Shown in pieces: positions 25,383-32,000 of a stretch of DNA of 32,000 nt. A program made the translations under genes and the position numbers. Where the stretch lies: assembly GCA_025839675.1 (NCBI GenBank), contig CP104013.1, forward strand, positions 30,001-62,000. The letters are read 5' to 3'. Position 1 is the first letter of the stretch. The number at the start of each line of letters is the position of its first letter. This DNA comes from Candidatus Lokiarchaeum ossiferum. GTDB lineage: Archaea > Asgardarchaeota > Lokiarchaeia > Sigyniarchaeales > Promethearchaeaceae. Below the pieces are notes generated by a model that was not told the origin of the DNA, ran no database searches, and worked only from the letters and a program-made list of their open reading frames with translations.

Positions 25383-26513
25383 ATGAAGTATTCACAATTT
25401 TATAAACATCTATTTGGAAATACTCTCTTATGGGTATTTAGTTTAGCTGGCTTTGTCCTGTTTAGCTATATTTTTCGCTTAGAAATGGATTATTTCCAAG
25501 CAGAGGGACATAACGGATTTATTATCTTTTTTCCATTAACTGCCTTCAGTGTCTATTATTTATATATGGTAAACACATTTACGCATAATATCAAAAATAG
25601 TCTATTAATCCCTACTGAGAGTAACATTCCTCATCAAATCTTGAAATTTGGTCTTATCTGGATCGATTTATACCTCTATCTCTTATTACAAATTGATCCT
25701 ATGGATAATGATTTAGTCTGGTACTTTTTGGGCTTGAATATGCTTTTCCTCTTTGTATATTTTCTTTCGATTAAAAAAACTCGAAGACCCGATCTTGATC
25801 AATATTATTTGATCCATCAAAAATCTGATCCCTATTTATCCCTGTTAATTATGGGAGGCTATATTCTATTTAATTTGATATCTTTGTGGTATAACTTCAC
25901 TAAAATTGTTTTAGTCACAATTTTCGCCTTCTTTATTGCGGCTAGAATAGTCCATTTCTTCGCTATCCAAGAACAAAAACAAAAAATTCTAATGGTTATC
26001 GGAATTGTAATTTTAACAAATATGATCTTTTGGTTATCTGCAAGCATTACCGTAATAGCTATGCTTATGGTAGACTATTTATCCCTTCCCTATTTATTCC
26101 AATATATTCCCACTGTTTTCTTTGGTGTTCATCTTTTGATTTTGTCGAATCTGAAAATTTATAATATGTGTCAACATTTAATAAGGATATCTCCAGAGGC
26201 AGAAATCGTGGATGATTCTGGGGAAATTCATCCAAAACAAACGACATCTCACATAGTTACTGAACAATTGGTGCAATATAGCGCACAAATTGATTTTTCA
26301 TGTCCTCAGTGTAGGTCTCCAATAAGTAAATCCATTATTCAACACTTGAAAGTAAACAATAAATTATTTTGTCCTCATTGTGGATCAAAAATAACTCAAA
26401 AGGATTTTTCGAGCAGATCTCCAGATGAAATCTATTTAGAACATCAAAAACTTCTATCATCCCTGACGAATCCATCAGACCAGAATTCTCGGCTAAAAAC
26501 TCAATTCAATTAA
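25383..26513 (+). CDS. polytopic membrane protein (about 9-10 TM) with a C-terminal zinc ribbon
   Basis: Hydrophobic helices run through the first ~260 aa. The C-terminus is CPQCRSPISK...FCPHCGSKI. Confidence 0.8.
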   Translation: MKYSQFYKHLFGNTLLWVFSLAGFVLFSYIFRLEMDYFQAEGHNGFIIFFPLTAFSVYYLYMVNTFTHNIKNSLLIPTESNIPHQILKFGLIWIDLYLYLLLQIDPMDNDLVWYFLGLNMLFLFVYFLSIKKTRRPDLDQYYLIHQKSDPYLSLLIMGGYILFNLISLWYNFTKIVLVTIFAFFIAARIVHFFAIQEQKQKILMVIGIVILTNMIFWLSASITVIAMLMVDYLSLPYLFQYIPTVFFGVHLLILSNLKIYNMCQHLIRISPEAEIVDDSGEIHPKQTTSHIVTEQLVQYSAQIDFSCPQCRSPISKSIIQHLKVNNKLFCPHCGSKITQKDFSSRSPDEIYLEHQKLLSSLTNPSDQNSRLKTQFN

Positions 26514-26517
26514 ATAG

Positions 26518-26790
26518 GTGATTAAAATCGGAAAATCTAGCGAAGAAAAAATAGGATTTGCTCGCAAACTCTTAAAGATGGGCGTTTCCTATCGTGATAT
26601 CCAAGCGAATTTAAAAATTAAATTCGGTTCTGGAATGTCTAATACTACTCTGCAAAACTTATTACCTGAGGTACAAAATGAAATGCAACGGGATGATCGA
26701 ATTCAGCAGTTGGAGACAGAATTAAATCTGTATAAGCAAATGTATTTTGAATTACTCGAAACTATAAAAAAAAAAATGCAACTCACGTAA
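26518..26790 (+). CDS. small HTH-like plus coiled-coil protein (90 aa)
   Basis: GTG start 4 nt after the upstream stop, suggesting co-transcription. LLKMGVSYRDIQANLKIKFGSGMSNTTLQNLL resembles a short HTH. The C-terminal heptad-like segment is IQQLETELNLYKQMYFELLETI. Confidence 0.5.
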   Translation: MIKIGKSSEEKIGFARKLLKMGVSYRDIQANLKIKFGSGMSNTTLQNLLPEVQNEMQRDDRIQQLETELNLYKQMYFELLETIKKKMQLT

Positions 26791-26829
26791 GAAATTACAA
26801 CGAAAAATTGTGTGTATAAAAAACTTTTT

Positions 26830-26952
26830 TCAATAAAACTTCTGATATTTTTTACCTTTTATGTATTTAGGGTTATTACCTCTAATTTTAGCCCATTTCA
26901 CCATAAAAATTTCAACAATTACTTCATTTGATAGTAATTTTTGATATTTCAT
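26830..26952 (-). CDS. candidate 40-aa Lys-rich micro-ORF downstream of the RecJ-like gene
   Basis: My own translation gives MKYQKLLSNEVIVEIFMVKWAKIRGNNPKYIKGKKYQKFY. It starts 24 nt after the RecJ-like stop on the same strand. No SD is seen. Confidence 0.15.
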   Translation of the reverse strand: MKYQKLLSNEVIVEIFMVKWAKIRGNNPKYIKGKKYQKFY

Positions 26953-26975
26953 GTTTATCTTTAATAAAAAAAAAT

Positions 26976-28640
26976 TTATAATTGTTGAAGTTCGGTTCGA
27001 ACAAAATCAAGAATTTTGTCACCATAAGATGCAATAAATTTGATCGAACCCGCTTGTTCGTGTCCTCCACCATCAACATTAGCGTGAGGAAGTGCTTTAT
27101 GCATATTTTCTAATAAGGTTGGTACTGGCAGAACTGGCTGGGATGCACGAATAATGATTCCATCACCAAAATATCCAATCGTGAAAACCGGTTTTGATTC
27201 ATTTTGTAATACGATATAATCATGAGCCATTCCCAAGACTTTTCCAGAAGTGGGATATTTTCCACGTTGGGTAAATTTTTCCAAATCAATTATCGTAAAA
27301 CATATTCCATTTATATCCTCACTTTGGATGTGAGGCTTCAGACTATCTAATTTTTCCGCGAAAAGTCTTTCAACTTCCGTGCCGATGGTGTTCAAAATTT
27401 CTGAATCCGTGAATATTTTGGTATACACCCCATCTCCAGATTCAAACTTGAAGTGGAAGGCTAAATAATCTAATACATAAGCCATTCTAAATAATTCTTC
27501 TCTTGATTTCTGAGAATTTTCAATTAATAAATCTACTTCGGGAATATCACAACGATCCCCAAGTCCAGCTACAGCAGGATAGATGGGTTGTTCATATTCT
27601 TCATCAATGAACCGAGCGAGTTCATAACAAAGCATTCCTCCACAGGTCTGGCTATCATATCCAAATAGATAAGGATTCAAATGAAAATCTACTAAATCGC
27701 ACACAGAACTCTTTCCCTTTTGGATTGAACCAGGATTATGATGATCAACTATGATGCATTCATACTTGAAACTTTTCAGCACTTGCAAGGCAAATACGTT
27801 CTCTGGGGTAGATCCCGTATCTAATAATAAAAGAAGGGGTGATTTATCCCCGAATTGTTGGGTGTACCGGGAAAATTTGCTAATATCTCGAAAAAGATCA
27901 ATTTGATCAAAGAAGGGGGTAATATTTGGGCTCCGATACAGACGATTTTTAGAAGGAAGTTCTCTTCGTTCCATAACGTTAAGAATTGCTTGTTCTACGG
28001 CTAATCCTGCGCATATTCCATCGGCATCGTTATGGTGGCGTATTACAATGGGTTGATCATCAATAATCGCATGACGAATCCGTTGGGCTATCTGTAAGAA
28101 AACCGGTTTCATCGCTTCATAACGGTCTGATTCAATGCTAAATGTCTCTCGGAGAGGTTCTGATTGACTATTAATAAGTGCATCGAAGTCCATAGTGGCG
28201 CGATTTAGTCCATCCAATTCAATTTCCAACTTATTTTTATGAATTCCTACTTTTCCTCGTATTTCATATACTTCATCAACTTGGATATCTTCTTCTTTTA
28301 ATGTTTCATTTTGAGGGGAAGAGGAAGATTGGGTTTTTTTTTTTCGGTTATCCTTAATTTGAATATTCCCAAAATCATAAGTGGTTGGTCCTGAAGTGTG
28401 GTTATTTTTCTCAATAAACAAGCTATCATGCCCGATGGCATCGATAGTTCCCGATCCATCAAAAACCGATAAGATGAGGGGCCCAGGCTTGACTTTTCGG
28501 AGAATTTTCACGGTTCCTTTGTAATAATCTCCAACCTGTAGATCCCGAATGGTTTTTTTGATGCTTCGATTCTGAGAATTATCAGTGGATTTGAGAATTT
28601 TTTTAAAATTTGGTTGTTTTTGGTATTGCTTTGGCTTCAT
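26976..28640 (-). CDS. DHH/DHHA1 phosphoesterase, archaeal RecJ/Cdc45(GAN)-like, with an N-terminal OB-fold-like domain
   Basis: DHH motifs HHNDADGICAG, LLLLDTGS and IIVDHHNPG. DHHA1 motif VDGGGHEQAGS. The N-terminal segment LQVGDYYKGTVKILRKVKPGPLILSVFDGSGTIDAIGH looks like an OB fold. It is followed by a low-complexity KKKTQSSSSPQNE linker. Confidence 0.8.
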   Translation of the reverse strand: MKPKQYQKQPNFKKILKSTDNSQNRSIKKTIRDLQVGDYYKGTVKILRKVKPGPLILSVFDGSGTIDAIGHDSLFIEKNNHTSGPTTYDFGNIQIKDNRKKKTQSSSSPQNETLKEEDIQVDEVYEIRGKVGIHKNKLEIELDGLNRATMDFDALINSQSEPLRETFSIESDRYEAMKPVFLQIAQRIRHAIIDDQPIVIRHHNDADGICAGLAVEQAILNVMERRELPSKNRLYRSPNITPFFDQIDLFRDISKFSRYTQQFGDKSPLLLLLDTGSTPENVFALQVLKSFKYECIIVDHHNPGSIQKGKSSVCDLVDFHLNPYLFGYDSQTCGGMLCYELARFIDEEYEQPIYPAVAGLGDRCDIPEVDLLIENSQKSREELFRMAYVLDYLAFHFKFESGDGVYTKIFTDSEILNTIGTEVERLFAEKLDSLKPHIQSEDINGICFTIIDLEKFTQRGKYPTSGKVLGMAHDYIVLQNESKPVFTIGYFGDGIIIRASQPVLPVPTLLENMHKALPHANVDGGGHEQAGSIKFIASYGDKILDFVRTELQQL

Positions 28641-28744
28641 TTTTTTATTTCAAAATATTAAATTAATGCTAAATTATGAATCTAATCATTCCATTCTTTT
28701 AGGTATAGAAGAGAGCTCCGTTAAGAGAACGGATTGTATTATAG

Positions 28745-28758
28745 AAAAAGAAAAAAAA
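28745..28758 (-). terminator. T-rich tract (T8-C-T5 on the minus strand) downstream of gene 28794-29084
   Basis: The plus strand reads AAAAAGAAAAAAAA, 36 nt beyond the stop. It is followed on the minus strand by the hairpin TCCGTT-N5-AACGGA. Confidence 0.4.
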
Positions 28759-28793
28759 GGGTGTGTGTGATTAAATGAATGATTTTAAGGGTT

Positions 28794-29084
28794 TTAAGCG
28801 GATTGTTCAACTTCCTTCTTTGGGGGCATGAAAGGTTGGGTTCCGAACAATTTTTGCATAGTTTTATCTAAATCGCGGATTAATTTTTCAACTAATTCGA
28901 TTACCATCATAACCATGTCCTTCGTGAAAGTAAAGGCCAATTGGATCATATTTGAAGCGAAGGTCAAGCACATTATGACTAAAAATACTGTGATTGCAAT
29001 GATTGCGAGTTGGTAAAGTATATGCATTCCGGCGAAGTTTGCCCAAAAGGTTTGGGCCATTGATTCAAAGCTGTTATAACTCAT
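28794..29084 (-). CDS. small membrane protein (96 aa), N-terminal paralog of 24601-25041 without the zinc ribbon
   Basis: TM helix LAIIAITVFLVIMCLTFA. It has the same upstream 59-nt element, and TTGGAG lies 9-10 nt before the ATG as in the paralog. Confidence 0.65.
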   Translation of the reverse strand: MSYNSFESMAQTFWANFAGMHILYQLAIIAITVFLVIMCLTFASNMIQLAFTFTKDMVMMVIELVEKLIRDLDKTMQKLFGTQPFMPPKKEVEQSA

Positions 29085-29130
29085 TTTTTTTTTGACTCCA
29101 AAGAGTAGTGTTATAATAATATTATAACTT

Positions 29131-29189
29131 GAGTGATACCTAAACTCTTCAGAGGCCGAAATTTATCATGGAGGCCATTTATTATCAAA
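29131..29189 (-). promoter_or_regulatory. conserved 59-nt upstream element, copy B
   Basis: 56/59 identical to 25086-25144 and located 46 nt upstream of ATG 29084. The flanking DNA on both sides is diverged. Confidence 0.6.
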
Positions 29190-29227
29190 AACAAAACAGA
29201 AAAAAAAAACTATAGAGAAAGATGGAT

Positions 29228-30277
29228 CTAAACCAGTTTATCATCGAAATATAACTTAAAATCACAAACTTCATCGCCCTTTAGTACAGATTTGACGATA
29301 TCGCACTTAATAACCGGTTTTTGTAATATTTCTTCCCACAATTGAGCAGCCCATCCGGCAGCTCTATAGCAAAAAATGGGATCGATATCCGGAAGACTGG
29401 CCGCTTCAGAGACGAGTCGACAAAAGCAATAATGTTTCCGTTTTTCATCGTGATTGGTTGCTTTATCATACCCTTCCCGATCTCGTGCGACTTTACTGAT
29501 ATGAACATAATTCTCCTTGATTTCAGGTTCGATTATAAACTGAAGTTCGGTTTTAAGATGGTTGATTATATCCCGAACATCATGATTTTCGAGATATTTT
29601 TCCTTAAACTGGTTTATCTCCTCGATTGGGCGATCAAGGGCGATATGCGATAAAATTTGAAATTGTTCTTCTTTGGAACTTTCTTGCTTCAAGCGCTCGA
29701 GAGTTTTCTTAACCCACTGAATTCGGTCATTGATTTTGGTAAAGGGGGTGATTTTATCTCCATCTAAATAGATTTTTTCTTGCTTTTCGTGACCTAAGTA
29801 TTTATTTAACGCCCGTTTATACAAGTAGTTCCACATGTGGATCGACCCTTGTACTTCAATTTTTACCGTCTTAGGATTATCAAAATCGTAGTCGTGAAAG
29901 ATTTCCACAGTGGACATACCAGGGGAAATCCCATTTTTATACATAAGTCCGTAAACTTTTTGGTAGGCTTCTCCAATTTTATCCGGTTTGCCAGAATGAG
30001 TGTTAGAAAGGAATTCATTTCTCCCTAAAATTCTGGAAGAAATCCCCGCTTTCTCCACTTTTTCCGAAACGGGAAATCCAATTTCGGCATCAAAACCCTC
30101 CACAGGAGTATCATAGTGAAAGATAAGGGTTAATGGACCAACAATTCTTCCATGGCATTCTTCTTTTAGAATTTTCACCTGAGGCTCTAAATCCGCTCGT
30201 TTTTTTATCGGTTTTCGAATGCTTGCAAATAATGTTTCTTCCCGAATAACATGGGAGATATTATATGAATTTTCCAT
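29228..30277 (-). CDS. GyrI-like (effector-binding) domain protein with a Cys-containing C-terminal domain
   Basis: The N-terminal ~150 aa fit the GyrI-like two-repeat pattern (LFASIRKPI...GPLTLIFHYDTP...AEIGFPV; FLSNTHSGKPDKIGEAYQKVY...VEIFHDYD...IEVQ). The C-terminus has HYCFCRLV...FCYRAAGW...CDIVKSVLKGDEVCDFKL. Confidence 0.65.
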   Translation of the reverse strand: MENSYNISHVIREETLFASIRKPIKKRADLEPQVKILKEECHGRIVGPLTLIFHYDTPVEGFDAEIGFPVSEKVEKAGISSRILGRNEFLSNTHSGKPDKIGEAYQKVYGLMYKNGISPGMSTVEIFHDYDFDNPKTVKIEVQGSIHMWNYLYKRALNKYLGHEKQEKIYLDGDKITPFTKINDRIQWVKKTLERLKQESSKEEQFQILSHIALDRPIEEINQFKEKYLENHDVRDIINHLKTELQFIIEPEIKENYVHISKVARDREGYDKATNHDEKRKHYCFCRLVSEAASLPDIDPIFCYRAAGWAAQLWEEILQKPVIKCDIVKSVLKGDEVCDFKLYFDDKLV

Positions 30278-30279
30278 TT

Positions 30280-30702
30280 TTAATCACCTTCAAGATTGAA
30301 CAAATACATTTTTTTATTTTTGGGCGATTGCACCTCAAATTGAGATAAACTGAGCTGGATCAATTGATAATTTGGATCTGTGGGAGATTTAAAATACCGA
30401 TCAAAAAACCAAATCGCTGGAATTATCTTTTCCTTTAGATTTTGATCCTCGCAAATTGATGCAATCCCTTGTCCTCGTATGGATCCTGCGCTTTCTTTTT
30501 CATATATATCACATGACATTTCAATATTATGGTTGCTTATGATTTGAGCGAGCTTTGCTGTACCCGTGAAAGTAACCAACCAAAATTTGTGATCAAATTG
30601 AACCAAAGCCATGGTCCTAACTCTTGGTCGATTATCATCAATTGTTGCAATATTTACATATTGAATATCTTTTAGATAGGTATAAACTTCTTGTAATTCC
30701 AT
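30280..30702 (-). CDS. pyridoxamine 5'-phosphate oxidase-like FMN-binding split-barrel protein
   Basis: YVNIATIDDNRPRVRTMALVQFDHKFWLVTFTGTAKLAQI is the typical PNPOx-like N-terminal pattern. The stop lies 2 nt before the start of 29228-30277, indicating an operon. Confidence 0.65.
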   Translation of the reverse strand: MELQEVYTYLKDIQYVNIATIDDNRPRVRTMALVQFDHKFWLVTFTGTAKLAQIISNHNIEMSCDIYEKESAGSIRGQGIASICEDQNLKEKIIPAIWFFDRYFKSPTDPNYQLIQLSLSQFEVQSPKNKKMYLFNLEGD

Positions 30703-30843
30703 ATTAATCTTCTCCTAAAGTATAGAAAATTATCTAATTCAAAATTCGAATTAAATATAATTAAAAAAGATTAGAGAATATTCTCATTTAAACGTTTTCA
30801 TTGATTTCGAAATTTATTAAAAGTTTTTCTGAACTTCACGTTA

Positions 30844-31302
30844 TTAAAAATATTTTTCCATTAGAAGGTCTTTGAAATAATCAAAAATAGAAAGATCCCC
30901 CACCCATGATCCAATAATTTGACCAAATTCAGTGTGAAACGTTTTTTGTATCTTTTGGAGCGTTTTCCGAACTGTTTTATCTCGGTTATTGATGTGAGTA
31001 CGCCCCACAAGAATAAATTCATTGGATTTTTCCAATTTTGGCATAATCATGATTTTGGAATCATGCATTTTTATCGCATTTAGGGAGTGGTTTGCTGTGA
31101 ATTCCATAGCTGTTATCATTCCAGAAAATAATGCGGGATCAACAGATTGCTTGTTAGGAAACGCGGGATTTTTTATATGGAGAAGCGGGGCTCCTGCATT
31201 ACTGATTATCCAGATTTCCATTAGTTTTGAAGTCATCCTATTCTCCGATCTTAATATAAAACGTAGCTTATTTAACTTTGTTTGGGTAAATAAAGATTCC
31301 AT
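30844..31302 (-). CDS. longin / AP-sigma-like (SNARE-like fold) small protein
   Basis: EIWIISNAGAPLLHIK...DPALFSGMITAMEFTANHS...SKIMIMPK...EFILVGRTH...LQKIQKTFHTEF. This is the same pattern as the C-terminus of 5595-7610. GGAG lies 6 nt before internal ATG 31236, so the start may be 31236. Confidence 0.65.
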   Translation of the reverse strand: MESLFTQTKLNKLRFILRSENRMTSKLMEIWIISNAGAPLLHIKNPAFPNKQSVDPALFSGMITAMEFTANHSLNAIKMHDSKIMIMPKLEKSNEFILVGRTHINNRDKTVRKTLQKIQKTFHTEFGQIIGSWVGDLSIFDYFKDLLMEKYF

Positions 31303-31331
31303 TTCATTAATAATTATTCTTCTCCAAGGCT

Positions 31332-32000
31332 CTATTTTATATCTTCAGTGCGTAATACCCCTAATCGGATTATTTCTGAATTTCTTAAAATCAGTTTCAA
31401 TTTGTCAGTAAATATTTCAATGATTTCTGATAATCGTTCTCGTTCACTCAGCGATTTTGTTAAATCAATCCCCACAGTAAAGTAAAACGAAAACTTTGCA
31501 CTTCCGACAGAAATATCAAATTTTGTTGTGTTAATCTGCAAACTTTCCGTAGTTTTCGCATAATTTCCCTGGAGACTTCCCTCTATATAGATCTTTTGGT
31601 ATATCTGAATTAAAGACTGATTGATTTTTTTTAACGCTTCGGGCGAAGCATAATAATTTCCTATTTCAAAATCATTAACAAATAAAATCCCGAAATTCAA
31701 TTGATTGTCCAGACAAAATGCTTTAATGGTGCGACACAAAGTTTCGTATAAATTGGGATTTCTTAATAACGGTTGAGCAAAACTGGAGATGATACTAAAG
31801 GGATTATAGATTGAAGTATGAAAAATACTTGGAGTGATATCCAAAGACTGGATTGTAGGCAAGGTACCTTGAATAAACTCTTGCTCATTTCGAATCAACC
31901 TTGATTTATCTTCGTATTTTGTATCATATTTGTGGAAAAAAAGGTAAATTTTTAAATTTGGATTGAACTGATAGGCAATTTCTAATGATTTTAAGAAATA
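31332..32000 (-). CDS. Gtr1/Rag-like small GTPase, 5'-partial (G4, G5 and the C-terminal roadblock-like domain are inside the window)
   Basis: The ORF track starts at TTG 31898, but the frame has no stop up to base 32000. My translation of 32000->31896 is YFLKSLEIAYQFNPNLKIYLFFHKYDTKYEDKSRL. It shows an HKxD-type G4 (FFHKYD), a FHTSIY G5-like motif ~35 aa later, and then a ~120-aa alpha/beta domain. Confidence 0.7.
   Translation of the reverse strand, partial: YFLKSLEIAYQFNPNLKIYLFFHKYDTKYEDKSRLIRNEQEFIQGTLPTIQSLDITPSIFHTSIYNPFSIISSFAQPLLRNPNLYETLCRTIKAFCLDNQLNFGILFVNDFEIGNYYASPEALKKINQSLIQIYQKIYIEGSLQGNYAKTTESLQINTTKFDISVGSAKFSFYFTVGIDLTKSLSERERLSEIIEIFTDKLKLILRNSEIIRLGVLRTEDIK

Noticed and set aside
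26931-26942. Near-copy (ATAGTAATTTTT) of the 12-mer repeat from 13155-13246
   Set aside because: It is a single copy with one mismatch in AT-rich DNA, lies inside a doubtful micro-ORF, and shows no palindromic extension.
28697-28708. Plus-strand TTTAGGTA box, as a possible fourth copy of the CATGATAAA-N17-TTTAGGTA element
   Set aside because: There is no CATGATAAA-like partner 17 nt upstream and no plus-strand gene downstream. It is probably a chance occurrence.
1-32000. tRNA, rRNA, transposase, integrase, toxin-antitoxin or known defence genes
   Set aside because: I found no GC-rich cloverleaf-like or rRNA-like segments in the intergenic regions, and no ORF carries DDE, tyrosine/serine recombinase, Cas, restriction-modification or similar signature motifs. 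Absence by eye is not proof; tRNAscan-type, Infernal-type and defence-finder-type scans would settle it.

Overview
The window is AT-rich and gene-dense, with about 30 protein genes and no rRNA, tRNA, CRISPR array, transposase or integrase that I can see. The gene content looks archaeal and, by inference only, like an Asgard/Lokiarchaeia-type genome. It includes a Roadblock-fused Ras/Rab-like GTPase. A Gtr1/Rag-like GTPase runs off the 3' edge of the window and is followed by a longin-like gene. There is also a TPR protein with a longin-like C-terminus, a eukaryote-style LRR protein, and many membrane proteins carrying zinc ribbons. Recognisable enzymes and signalling proteins are a methyl-accepting chemotaxis protein, a B12-binding radical SAM enzyme with a SPASM-like Cys cluster, an M3-like metallopeptidase, a surface-anchored esterase, a large GH57-like protein, a Zn-dependent MDR dehydrogenase, a RecJ/Cdc45-like DHH-DHHA1 protein, a GyrI-like protein and a PNPOx-like protein. 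The most noteworthy observations are listed here. (1) A Rag/Gtr1-like GTPase plus longin-like two-gene module at 30844-32000. (2) A small ORF directly upstream of the B12-rSAM/SPASM-like gene, which has a RiPP-like layout. (3) A six-copy palindromic 12-mer array around a probably leaderless wHTH gene. (4) Three tandem paralogs of an uncharacterised membrane protein family, with the middle copy shifted by one base right after its ancestral ATG. (5) A 59-nt non-coding element, 56/59 identical, in front of two diverged paralogous membrane-protein genes, plus a degenerate third copy with identical box spacing. All functional calls rest on motif recognition by eye. No database search was run.
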